The notes below the pieces were generated by a model. That model saw nothing but the letters and a program-made list of their open reading frames with translations, had not been told where the DNA came from and did no database searches. DNA of 64,000 nucleotides from Camelus ferus (Eukaryota). The position numbers and the translations under genes are program-made. Of the stretch, positions 51,597 through 64,000 are shown one piece after another; positions within the stretch are counted from its first letter, which is position 1; every line of letters starts with the position of its first letter. The stretch spans positions 8,620,001-8,684,000 of the forward strand of contig NC_045697.1 in NCBI RefSeq assembly GCF_009834535.1. The letters are read 5' to 3'.

Positions 51597-53525
51597 GTTG
51601 CAGGATACAAGATTAATATATAAAAAACAATACATTCCTATATACCAGCAATGAACAATTAAAATTTGAAATTAAAAACATTAAGCCATTTACATTAATA
51701 CATCAAAAAAATGAAATACCATGGTATAAATCTAACAAAATATGTACAAGGTCTACATCTTTAAGGAAATGTACATGTAGAGAAAAACTACAAAACTCTG
51801 ATAAACAAAATCAAAGAAGAACTAAATAAATGGAAAGAACTAAGCAAATGGTGAGCTATTCCATGTTCATGGATAGGAAGACTCAATATTGTCAAGACAT
51901 TAGTTCTATCCAACTTGAGCTATAGATTCAATGCAATCCCAATCAAAATCCCAACATGTTATTTTGTGGATATTGACAAACCTATTCTAAAGTTTACACA
52001 GAGAAGCAAGAAACTCAGAATAGCCAAGACAATACAGAAAGAGAAAAACAAAGTTAGAGAACTGGCACTATCCAACCTCAAGACTTACTATAAAAGTTCC
52101 AGTAATCAAGATCACGTGGTACGGCAAAACAACAAATAGATGAATGGAACAGAATATAGAGACCAGAAATAGACCCAAATAAATATAAGCAACTGAACTT
52201 TGACGACAGAGCAAAGATAATGCAATGGAGCAAAGACAGTCTTTTCAATTATTGGTGATGGAAAAACTGGACATTCATATGCAAAAAAAAAAAAGAAAAA
52301 AAAAGAATCTAGACACAGATCTTAACTTTCACAAAAATTAACTCAAAATGGATTGTGGAACTATATGCAAAACACAAAAATATAAAACTCTTGGAAGATA
52401 ACATAGGAGAAAACCTAGATGACCTTGGATATGTTGATACCCTCTTAGATATAACACCAAAGGCACAATCCATGAGAGAAAAAAAATTGATAAGCTAGAC
52501 TTAGTTAAAATTAACTTTTGCTCTGGGAAAGACAAGGTCAAGAGAATGAGAAGACAAGCCAGATCTTCTCAAAGATTTACAGACGGCAAATAGCATATGA
52601 AAAAATGTTCCCTGTCATCTGGTGAAATGGAAATGAAAACAACAGTGACATACCACCGCAACCTACCAGAATGGCCAAAATCTGGAACACTGACAACAGC
52701 AAATGCCAGCAAGACTGCAGAGTGTCAGGAACTCTCATACAATGTTGGGTTGGTGGAAATGCAAACTGGTGTAGTCCTTTTGGAAGACAATTAGGCAGTT
52801 TCTTCGAAAACTAAATACACTCTTACCATAGGATGTAGCAATTGTACTCTTTGTTAACTACCTAAATGACCTGAAAACGCATATCCACACAAAAACCTAC
52901 ACACCGATGTTTATAGCAGCTTTATTCATAACTACCAAAACTTAGAAGCAACCAAGATGTCCTTCAGTAGGTGAATGGATAAATAAACTGCACTAAAAAA
53001 AATGAGCCATCAAGCCATGAAAAGCCATGGAGGAGCTTTAAATGCATATACTAAGTAAAAGAAGACAATATGAAAAGGCTACATACTACATGATTCAAAC
53101 TATACAACATTCTGGAAAAGGCAAACTATAGAGACAGTAAAAAATTCAGTGGTTGCCAGGAATTGGGGTGAGGGGATGGATAGGTGGAACACAGAGGATT
53201 TCTAGGGCAGTAAAAATACTCCATATGACATCATAATGATGGACACACGCTATTATATGTTTACCCAAATGTTTAGAATGTGTAACAACAAGAGTGAATC
53301 CTATGTAAACTATGGACCCTGGGTGATTACGATGAACCACTAAAGGTTCATCAACTGTAACAAATGTACCATTCTGGTGGCGGCAGGGGTTGTTAATACT
53401 TATGGAGAGGGCTATACATATTTGAGGGCAGGAGTACATGGGAAACCTCTGTATCTTCACCTTGATTTTGTTGTGAACCTTAAACTGCTCTAAAAAAATA
53501 AAAACTCCAATAAAAAATTTTTTTA
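51597..53525 (+). mobile_element. 5'-truncated L1 (L1MC1-like)
   Basis: ORF2 relic YRFNAIPIKIP and 3' end gtgaaccttaaactgctctaaaaaa. TSD aagaatatccacaag (51582-51596) / aagaatatcaacaag (53526-53540). Confidence 0.9.
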
Positions 53526-55169
53526 AAGAATATCAACAAGCAGGCAATTGGTTCTGGAATTAAGCGCCCTTGGCTATTACTAAAATTAAGGACTAAATCC
53601 CATATAAAACTATGTCAGCAAATGATGTGTTCCTCAAATCCGTCAATCCTTAACAGTAATTTAATACAGATTTTTGTATTTCAGAAACTTCAACATTAGC
53701 AATTTCAATCTCTAGCATCACGAAAAGCACTCAAGATCCTACTTTAGAGCAGAGTGCATGCGTGTGTTTATATGCAAATGAGCAGGAGGAATTCTTGAAG
53801 AAAGCCAAATTTGGTCTATATACATTTTTTTCAATGATGAATTTGGCATTTTAGGAGAATTAATAGAAACTTTTAACCTCTGGCAGTCCTTGGCTTTTAT
53901 ATAGGTCCTGGTAGTTAAGGACATTTTGTTTGTTTGTTTAAAACTTAATACATGTACACAGAGTTCTGTGGCAAGACAAAATTGACAGTCATACTTTGGA
54001 GCAGCATCAATTCTAAACAATACACAAATGATTACCCTCATAGGATTATCACTCTGAGGTACTACTTTCCCCCTCCATTCCCTCTCAACACCAGCTTGTA
54101 TTTATATTTATATGGAATATAAAAGAAAATGCAATTAAAGCTTGGGTTTAAGGGAAGATTTGATTAAAAATGTCACACTGACAACTTCAACTCAAGTTTT
54201 ATAACCATCGTATTATTTTCAAATTTATTATCTCTGGTGATTTAAACTTGAGATAATATTCAAACTGAAGAGGGCAAAAATGTGTCTGACTGCTTAGTTC
54301 CAACCTAGAGAACCCCTCTTTGATATTCCCATATTTTGAAGAAAAAATCCTGTAAGACTTTCATAAAGATTCAATGAAAAAAGTCTTACAGGGGAAGAGA
54401 GGAGCAGAACAGAATTCATCCTCTTCTTAACCTCAGGGTTACCACCTAGTCTGATCCAATGTGATAGGATCTGTGCACAAATGAGGATGCAGCCTTGGGA
54501 AAGAATCTCTAAGGAGGGGAATATGAATTGAGACCATCATATAATGAGAATCATGAGGATGAAAATTAAATGCTTTTATAAGACCCCAAGTGATGCTTCA
54601 CCCACATCTATGACTTTGACTTTTATTCCACATATCTGCACATGGTGCTGATCCTTGACCTTGATTCCCATTTAATAACTTACCTTTCCATGCCTGTCCA
54701 TAAAATGGTGACTATCCATTTTTAATTTTATAAATCCAACCTACCTCATAATTTAATGGCTATATCTTGAAAACTATCTGGTCTTTAAAGGTAGGGACCT
54801 TATCTTATTATTTTTGTATTCCTAGTATTTAGCACAATTCCTGGACAAAATGGGCCCTCAATAGATGTTTGCTAAATAAACATATTACTTTACTTGAGTT
54901 GATGAGATTATGCTCATGGTATTCAACAGCATTAATCAAAACATTTGGCTGACCTTTAAAATATTTTAGTATTAGTTTTAGTCTTGGTAACCTTTACTCT
55001 CAAGATTATGACTAATGAGAATATTTTCAACCTACGGGCACAACACGTACTTCAGACAGTAGGATTTTCAAGACCAGTCTCCAAAAAGAAAATTTCAGTT
55101 TGTGTGTTTTTTAATCAACATTGTCCTTGTCTTCCTTGTTCTGCATGAAATCAAGATATGGATGGTGTA

Positions 55170-56054
55170 CAAATGGCAAATAGGCACATGAAAAAATGCT
55201 CAACATCGCTAATTATCAGAGAAATGCAAATCTAAACTACAATGATGTATCACCTCAAACTAGTCAGAATGGCCATCATTAAAAAGGCCACAAACAATAA
55301 ATACTGGAGAGGGTGTGGAGAAAAGGGAACCCTCCTACACTGTGAGTGGGAATGTAGTTTGGTTCAGCCGTTATGGAAAACAGTATGGAAATTCCTCAAA
55401 ACACTCAAAATAAACTTACCATATATAATTCCACTCCTGAGGGAACTTAAATTCAAAAAGACACATGCACCCCAATGTTCACAGCAGCACTATTTACAAT
55501 AGCCAAGACATGGAAACAACCTAAATGTCCATCAACAGATGATTGGATAAAGAAGTTGTGGTATATTTATACAATAGAATACTACTCTACCATAAAAAAG
55601 AATAAAATAATGCCATTTGCAGCAACACAGATGGACGTGAAGATTGTCATTCTAAGTGAAGTAAGCCAGAAAGAGAAAGAAAAATACCATATGATATCAC
55701 TTACATGTGGAATCTAAAAAAAAAAAAAAAAAAGACAAACTACTTATTTACAAAACAGAAAGAGACTCACAGACATAGAAAATAAACTTCTGGTTACTGG
55801 GGAGAAGACGGTGAGAAGGGATAAATTGGGAGTTTGAGATTTGCAGATACTAATTACTATACATAAAATAGAAAAACAACAAGTTTATACTGTATAGCAC
55901 AGGGAACTATATTCAATATCTTGTAGTAACCTATAATGAAAAGGATTTGAAAACAAATATATGTATGTATATGTATGACTGAATTATTATGCTGTACACC
56001 AGAAACTGACACTATAACATAACGTTATAAACTGACTATACTTCAATTAAAAAA
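55170..56054 (+). mobile_element. 5'-truncated L1 3' end
   Basis: ORF2 C-terminus (...EKEKYHMISLTCGI*). TSD aagatatggatggtgta (55153-55169) / aaggtatgcatggtgta (56055-56071). Confidence 0.93.
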
Positions 56055-56204
56055 AAGGTATGCATGGTGTAAGAAAATGGCTCAGCCTCATGATCCAAAT
56101 TATCAGAATTCCCCATAGATCTGATACTCTGAATGAACTGATCCATTATTGAGTTTTTCTTATTATTTCTAATTTTTGAAACTCTCTTCATAAAACTAAG
56201 ATGT

Positions 56205-57234
56205 AATCTACTCCTGGGGAAGATGCTGTGAAGACTGTTGAAATGATAACAAAGGATTTAGAACATTACACAAACCGAGTTGATAAAGCCAGGTTTGAGA
56301 GAATTGACTCCATTTTCTTTTGGTCAGGTAACTAACTTTATCTGTTGTTGTTGTTGTTGTTGTTGTTTTTATTGACGTACAGCTGATCTACTATATTGTG
56401 TAAGTTTCAGGTCTACAGCCCAGTAATCAGTATTTTTGAAGATTATATTCTATCATAGGTAATTATAAGATAATGGGTATAATTCCCAATGCTATACAGT
56501 AAATCCTTATTGCTTATTTATTTTATATATAGTAGCGTGTATCTGTTAATCCTATATCCTTAATTTGTCTCTCCTCCCTTCCTCTCCCCTTTGGTAACCA
56601 CAAGTTTGTTTTCTGTATCTGTGAGTCTGTTTATGTTTCACATACACACTTATTTGTATTATTTTTAACATTCCCTATATAAGTGATATCATATAGTATT
56701 TATTTGTTTTTCTCTGTCTCACTTATTTCACTAAGCATAATATTCTCCATCCACGTTGCTGTAAGTGACAGAATTTCATTCTTTGTTTATGGCTGAGGAA
56801 AGAAGTTCTACTGTTGGTAAAATGCTATCAAACAGCATTGCATGCAACAGGGAGATCCTTTCTGAAAGGAAGAGTCAATCAATGAGGCAAACTTCATTCT
56901 TGTCTTATTTTAAGATTTGCCACAGATACCCCAACCTTCAGCAACCACTGCTCTGATTAGTCAGCAGCCTTCAACTATGAGGCAAGGTCTTTCACCAGCA
57001 AAAAGATGATGACTTCCTGAAGGCTCAGATGATAATTAGTATTTTTAGCAATAAAATATTTTAATTAAGGTATGTACATTGTTTTTTCAGACATAATACT
57101 ATTGCACACTTAACAGACTACAGTATAGTATAAACATAACTTTTATATGCACTGGGAAACTAAAAAATGTATATGACTCATTTTACTGTGGTGGTCTGGA
57201 ACAGAACCCACAATGTCTCCAATGTACAGCCCGT
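56205..57234 (+). mobile_element. Tigger1-like DNA transposon 3' portion, interrupted at about 56316-56797
   Basis: Contains tctactcctggggaagatgctgtgaa and gaaagaagttctactgt...aaatgctatcaaacagcattgcatgc, ending ggtggtctggaacagaacccacaat. Confidence 0.85.
56343..56797 (-). mobile_element. L1 3' end inserted in the Tigger, with a (TTG)n microsatellite at its tail
   Basis: Contains ttttattgacgtacagctgat, ccctttggtaaccacaagtttgttttct and tttatggctgag. Confidence 0.85.
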
Positions 57235-57647
57235 ATGGTTCTAAAAGTCACCCGTGATATTCTATTTGTGTAAATCAACTCACTTTCACCCTTCCTTTGG
57301 CTTCCATTATAACTTTAGAAGTACTAGAAGAGAACAGAAATAAGGACATCATTTACTTTTAGAAGCATTCTCCCTTAATTTGTATAGTATGTGTATTTGC
57401 TTCTTCTAATAACAAAAAAAATTCAAATATATTATCTGACACACAGCAATCCACATTTTTATATAGTAAATATTTAAAGATGGTCTACAAATTTAATTCC
57501 CACTGATTTTCATAATGTATTCAAAAGAGCTCTTATTTCTGTTTCCTTATTAGTAAGTAAAAAATTAGAAGATTTCTAGATTATTCTAGCTCTAACTTCA
57601 ATGATTCTTTGAGATTTACTTCTAATGTTTTAAACCATAATGGTTTT

Positions 57648-58003
57648 TCTCTGGGCTGAATTGTGTCAACCCTGCCACCCCTCAAATTTATATGCTGAAG
57701 CTCTTAATCCCCAGCTGCTCAGAATATGACTTTACTTGAAGACAGTAATTATCTTTAAAGAAGCAATTAAGGTAAAATTGAGGTCATATGGATGGGCCCT
57801 AATTCAGTATGAATGGTATCCTTCTAAGAGGAGATTCAGACAGACATGCAAGAAAGACAGACCATGTGAAGACAAAAGGAGAAGGCAGTCATCCACAAAT
57901 CAACTCTGCAGGCACCTTGATCTCAGACTTCTAGCCTCTAGAACGGCAAGAAAATGAATTTCCATTGAGGTACCTTGTTATGGCAGCCCTGACAGACTAA
58001 CAC
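57648..58003 (+). mobile_element. MaLR solo LTR (MLT1A/B-like)
   Basis: Starts tgggctgaattgtgtc, contains gcaccttgatctcagacttctagcctctagaac and ends ttgttatggcagccct...actaacaca. Confidence 0.85.
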
Positions 58004-60504
58004 AAGCTCTAATATTTTTCAGTTATTTAGATCCTCTCAGCATGGAAACAAACACCAAAATATGGGAGTGGAACTCCAATTTCAAGAAACTTTAAAATGA
58101 GTTACTAAGAGATTTTTTTTAATTGCAAAAAAGAGCCAACATTAAATTCCAAATGGAAAGTTATCCTTGAATTGGCTTAAGACTTACCTATAACAAGATG
58201 AAAAGAAGTGGAGGTGCTTTGGCAGAAAACAGCTGGGTTCAAATCTGGATTTGTCTCCTACCAGCTATTTAACAATTGACAAGTTACTCTCTGAGACTCA
58301 ATGTTCTCATTCTTTCAAAAGGAGATCATTTAGCATGATGCCTGGCACACAACAGATGCCTTAAAAAAGGGACATCATTTTATTATCATATTTAAAGAAC
58401 TTAGTACTGGCCCAAAAGAAACAGCAGGCTATCTACCTAAGGACAACAGATACAAAAAAAAAAAAAAAAAGCACCAATATGTCCAAGTGCTATTATATAA
58501 TCTTTACTTATTATAATTTAACTGATAAAGCACAAATAAAATCTAAATTCACACAACAGCTTATATTGCTTTAAAAAATAGTAAATAGATGGTACAGACT
58601 CTAATGAATCAAATATTTAAGAAGGACTCAAGATTTCTGTCAACTTCTCTCTAAAAATACTTTACCTTAAAATGCTACATTTTGCCTGAAATTCAGTCTT
58701 TCAATTTATATATCCAAACCCTACTAGTTTTGCAAAGACTCAGTTTGAGTTACACATTCCTCTTAATCCTTAGCTGACAATTTTTCCCTCCCATTGATAT
58801 AGTAGTATATATGATGTCTTTCTTTTGTACTTTTTGTCCACTATGTCAATCTTGCTTCCACAACAAGTTTTATAGAGGCTGGAGTAATGTATATGTGCCT
58901 GGAAGCAGCCATGTGCTCACAGGAAGAACTTATTACTTTATGAATTGACTATGTTAAACATTTATATTAAGTCTGCTACTGTCTTTCTATGCTGCTTAAG
59001 TTTAAGGTTTTTCTAATTAGAACTCTAAACACACCTTTAATTTAACACATATACAGAATCACACACAGATTTGACAGTATCCTAAAGGAATCACCTAATT
59101 TAGCCTAATTAATCACCTAATTAATTCTATAAGAGGTAATTATTAGCAAAATACAGACAACACTAGTATTTATTCTTAGTTTTTCCATTGTTAGCAATAT
59201 ATCTCTTTTACAGTATACAGTGGTTAATCTTTCCATTCCCTGAATGATAATGAGAATATATTTTCACAGTAGCAATTGGTGACATTTCAATAAATCAGTG
59301 TACTGCAGTGATACCTAAATAAAAGCTTATTTCACTATAATGATGCTTCCAGGCTTCCCTCAAGTCAGGTGGTTACTTGCAGTTAATGATCTGTGACATG
59401 CCACACAAGTAGTCCTAAAAAGACTTATTATCCACTGCATGTGCAACAATATTTGCTTTATGGATGGCTAAATGAATGAAGACATTCAATGTAACTGTAA
59501 AAGTAAAATCAAAAGAAAACTTACAAGTAACATGTTTTCTTTAAGTAAAAGGGCTGTGACCATTTTCCATTAATACTTAACCTTTTGCTGGAGCAGTGCA
59601 ACCACATATAACGCTCAAATCCATAAAGCCCAAGAGCTGTTCTGGGTTAATGCTAATTAACTGCCCCCAATCAAAAGAGAAGCAACTTTCCAAAAATGTG
59701 AGATCTTTAGCTTCTATTGTTGACGTCAAACTCACACCACAAAGCTTAATGAACAATAAAAAAAGACAAATACACTTTATACATAGTTGAGAGTATGCCT
59801 TTTAATTTAATTTACATATACATATACAACAGAAACATGCCAAGAAAAGAATTATTATTATTGTGCTGCACACAAAATTTGCTAATCTGAAACAATATGC
59901 TATCTTTTATAGCTGCCAGACTTTGTAAGCATTCACATGTTTACCATTTATAATTTTATTTCATTTACTAGACTCGGCTTTTGTCCACCATATGTCCACT
60001 GTGGATTAACTATTCCCTTAGGTACAATTAAGGCCTTTCCATTTGTTGTAAGAAGAGCTAAGTATGAAGGACACAGCCAGAAATAACATTTATACCTCAA
60101 CCAAAAACAGAAGCACATTCAAACTCAAATGATGGTTTATGCAGCATCTTTTTTTTTAATAGACACATGTCTACATAGCAAAATAAACTTGAGACAAAAA
60201 TTCATGGCAACTGTACACCAGCTTTCACCATTCAGATTGAATATCAAAATTATTATTACCTCCATCAATTGAATTTAAATATTTTCCAGAAAAATATACT
60301 TCTAAACTACCAGTGAAGGTTGGCTTCCAAACAATAACTATAACCAAAAATTTAATCATTATTTAGGTATTTTAAAGATATTTCACAAAACTTTTAATGT
60401 TTTCAATCTTTAAATCCTTAAATTTAAAAAATACATAGACTTAGCAATAACTCCTCTCATTACCCATAACTAGAAGACAGGATTTGGATAGATAGTGGGA
60501 AATA

Positions 60505-60745
60505 TAATAACAACTCACACATATAGCACCTATTACGTATCAGGCATAGTTCTAGGAAATTTGTATGTATTAAATTCCTGTAACAACTTCCTTATAAGGT
60601 AGGTACTATTATTATTCCCATTTTACAGATGACAAAACTAAGGTACAAAGAGGGTGAGTACCTTAACGAGATCATACATTTAAATAAGTGAGCCCATATC
60701 TGAACCTAAGTGGTCTTACTTAGAATGTGTTTCTGACTCTACATT
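60505..60745 (-). mobile_element. MIR SINE
   Basis: Contains the core aggtaggtacttatattattcccattttacagatgacaaaactaagg. Confidence 0.8.
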
Positions 60746-61599
60746 AAAAATATTAAAGTGCTAGAATATACCATGAAATAAATACCTATAGGGAAAATGA
60801 AATTTCTCATCTTTTTAAAATTAAAATTTTGAATAAAAATTAAGAGATTAGGGCTAAAACTTTAGTTTTCACAATAACTATGCGTGCAACATAAAAGGCT
60901 TTTTACATGATCTTCTGTGGCAGTAGAGTTACGCTGTTATTAAATTCCTTTTCCTTTTCCAGATAAAAAACCTGGCCTCAGAGTATTACAAAAGCTACAA
61001 AAATATTTATTTTCACTTCATTATCTCAAAAGTTCCACAGTTCCATCTTTTACTGAGTAGAGAATTAATAATCTTCTAATCACTAGTAACAAGGATTTAT
61101 TGAGCACTTTCTGTGTGCCAGGGACCGAGCTTGATACTAGAGAGACAAGGCAGTCTCTGCCTTCATGGAGCTTCAGTTAAAGAACACCTGCATGATTCCA
61201 AATCAACATCAAAAACAAAACAAAACACTTCGCTCTAAAAAGGGTGACTTTTCTGGAAGAATCAGACAATTTAAAAAGCAAAAAATAGCTAGTAAAAATT
61301 AAAATCAAGTGAGAAACTATCTAGTATTCTGTTCTGGTCCTTTTCTACTTGTTTATTCCCCTCAACCCTCTAGGAGGAGTTTAGGAATTGGGGAAGTTCT
61401 CACAGACCCCTCATGTGCTATCTTTTCATTTAATTAGAACCAATACAATAAACTGAAGAGTAAAGAATGGAAATGACTCATTCCAAACTGTATCTAAAAC
61501 AAGAACCAGTTCAAAAAAATTTAAAAGACATGTATCTTAAATCATCAGGTGTTTGCACAACACCCATCCATCCCATGTTTATTTCTCTTTTCCAATTAA

Positions 61600-63142
61600 C
61601 ATAAAGCATGCTGTAATATCTCTCCTTTAAAAACACCAAGACTCAGATTCTGACTCAGACTCCCTCCAGCTGCTACCCTACTTATGGACTCCCTTGTTCA
61701 GTGGTGTTAACATATACATGTTGCCTCTATTCACTGTCTACAATTCACCTTCTTCCCTGAACTCACTCTACTCAGCTTTCACCCCAAGCACTCCACTTGC
61801 CAAGGTCACCACCAATTGCCTCTGTACTGCTTAATCTAACCATTCTCAGACCTCCTCTGCTGATCACACCCTTCTCCTTAAAACTCCTATACATTTGGCT
61901 TCCAGGATACTTCACTCTCCTGATTTTCCCCTGACCTCCACTGGCCATATTTTAATTCCTCTGCTGATCTCTCTTCACTTCCCCAAACTTTAAAACACGG
62001 CTATAACCCAAGGATTAATCTTTGGACCTCTTTCTTCTCTTCTTATACTCATTCCTATGTAAAGTTCACTCAGTCTCAAAGGCCTAAATATTATCAACAT
62101 GCTGTTGACTCCCAGACTTTTATCTCTAGACTTCATCTTGCCCCTGAATTATAAACTCATATATCCAACTTCCTACTAGACATCTCCACATGGAGGCTTA
62201 GTAAGTGTCTCAAACCTAACATGTCCAAAACCAAACTTTGACACTTATCCAAAAATCTGTTCTTCTCACACTCTTCCTGACCTCAGTAAACTGAGCTTCA
62301 GCCTTCCGGACGCTTAGACCAAAAATCTTGGCATTATCTTGCTTCTTCTCCTCTCTACTCTACAACCAACCTATGAGAAAATCCATCACCCCACCTTCAA
62401 AATATATCCAACCACTTCTCACTACTTCACTATTATCACCATGGATCATGTCACCATTATTTCTCACCCGGATTGCCAAAAGTGTCCTATCTATCTGTTT
62501 ACCTTGCTTCCACTTTTACCCACTATGGTATATTCTCAAAACAGGAACTGTAGTGATCCCTTCAAGTTAAATCACTTCACTCTGCTCAGATCCCTCGGTG
62601 GCTTCACATCTCACGCAGAGTAAAACTCAAAGCCCTTACAATGGCCTACAGAGTCTTTCCTGTTCTCTCCTCTTCCTAGATCCTTCTCTCTTTATATCTT
62701 CAACTCTGACACTATTCGTTTAGTCACTATTCCCCATATGCAGCTGCACATACAGCTACGAACACTCTCCCTCTCCCTCTCTCTCACTACACACAAACAC
62801 ACACGTGCCTCCTCGTGGTTTCATATATTTCCAAATACTAGATGGAGGCCTTTGCACCTGCTCTTCCCCTCCTACTTGGATAACTCTTCCTCCAGATATC
62901 TATGTGGCACTTTCTGTCATCTCCTTTATGTCTCTTCTCGAATGATATCTTCTCAGACTTTTCCTTTTATATCTAAATTCTTAACACTCTCCTCTCAGAC
63001 TTCCTTTTTCTCCTTTCCTGCTTTATCTATCTATACAACACATCACTATTTAACATGTTATATATTTGCTTATCTATTGCCTGTAATTCTCTAGTGAAAT
63101 ACCTACATAGGTGCTTAATGACTATTTGTTGAATGAATGAAA
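61600..63142 (+). mobile_element. L2 LINE 3' portion
   Basis: Contains ctcaaacctaacatgtccaaaacc and ccttcaaaatatatcc, ending tatttgttgaatgaatgaa. Confidence 0.85.
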
Positions 63143-63314
63143 TAAATAAGAGATGACATAAGAAAGCAAAGAAAATGCTTGCCGAATTGCTTCATTTATA
63201 CTGCAAAACTAGACATTCATATGAATTTTAGAAAATAGTGTCAAGAAAAGGAAAAGTAACTAAATTCTGAAGTCAAGCACAAATTTAAGTTAAAAAGAAA
63301 TGCTATTTTTATCA

Positions 63315-64000
63315 CGTCCCCTGACTTCAGATTATACCACAAAGCTACAGTAATCAAAACAGCATGGTACTGGCACCAAAAAAAGACACATAGATCAATG
63401 GAACAGAAGAGAGAGCCGCCAAATAAACCCATACACCTATGGTCAATTAATCTATGACAAATGAGGCAAGAATATACAATAGAGAAAATATAGTCTCTTC
63501 AATAAGTGGTGCTGGAAAAGCTGTAAGAGAATGAAATTAGAACATTTTCTCACACCACACAAAGATAAACTCAAAATGGATTAAAGACCTAAATGTAAGA
63601 CCTGAAACCATAAAACTCCTAGAAGAAAACATAGGCAGAACACTTTTTGACATAAATCACAAAAATATTTTGGGGGGTTTGTCTACTACACCAAAGGAAA
63701 TAAAAGCAAAAATAAACAAATGGTACCTAATTAAACTTAAAAGTTTTTGCACAGCAAAGGAAACCACAGACAAAACCAAAAAAATCCCACTGAATGCAAG
63801 ATATTTACAAATGATAAGACCAATAAAAGGATTAATATCCAAAATATATAATCAGCTCATACCACTCACCACTCAATATCAAAAAAGCAAAGACCTGATT
63901 TAAAAATGGGCAGAAGACCTGAATAGACATTTTTCTGAAGACAACACATGAAAAGATGTTCAACACTGCTAATCATCAAGGAAACGCAAATCAAAACCAC
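63315..64000 (+). mobile_element. L1 ORF2 fragment running off the window end
   Basis: Contains cctgacttcagattataccacaaagctacagtaatcaaaacagcatggtactgg and the relic KAKINKWYLIKLKSFCTAKET. Confidence 0.92.

Larger units (their letters stand above)
10410..64000 (-). other. RAB28: RAB28 gene body, partial (intron 4 to 3' end; 5' exons lie beyond the window)
   Basis: Four GT-AG exons on the minus strand splice in frame into the C-terminal part of RAB28. I found no exon encoding the G1-G3 motifs in 26140-64000, consistent with a very long intron 4. Confidence 0.96.

Noticed and set aside
1..64000. CRISPR array, operon-like cluster, intact provirus or other novel multi-gene system
   Set aside because: I saw no regularly spaced repeats, long ORFs or paired LTRs with internal gag/pol. 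The dispersed repeats are ordinary retrotransposon copies.

Overview
This is mammalian genomic DNA, most likely camelid, judging from vic-1-like tRNA-derived SINEs and the absence of Alu, B1/B2, Bov-A2/BovB and PRE-1 elements. The only gene I can support is the 3' half of RAB28 (Rab GTPase) on the minus strand: exon 5 (26036-26139), exon 6 (21389-21466), the 95-nt alternative exon ending CSVQ* (12581-12675) and the terminal exon ending CAVQ* (CDS 11267-11359, 3'UTR to about 10410). Positions 26140-64000 are part of the long intron 4; the 5' exons lie outside the window. Positions 1-10400 are GC-richer downstream intergenic sequence. Much of the rest is transposon-derived (L1 of several ages, L2, MIR, MaLR/ERVL LTRs, hAT and Tigger fossils), and almost all supplied ORFs are spurious or L1 ORF2 relics. 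I found no convincing new multi-gene system. The best leads concern RAB28 C-terminal splicing (two duplicated CaaX exons, a degenerate GHFIIF exon, a long AG-poor tract), candidate intronic enhancers, an unexplained CpG-rich patch and young inverted L1 copies. Repeat subfamily names come from recalled consensus sequences, and boundaries without target-site duplications (TSDs) are approximate.
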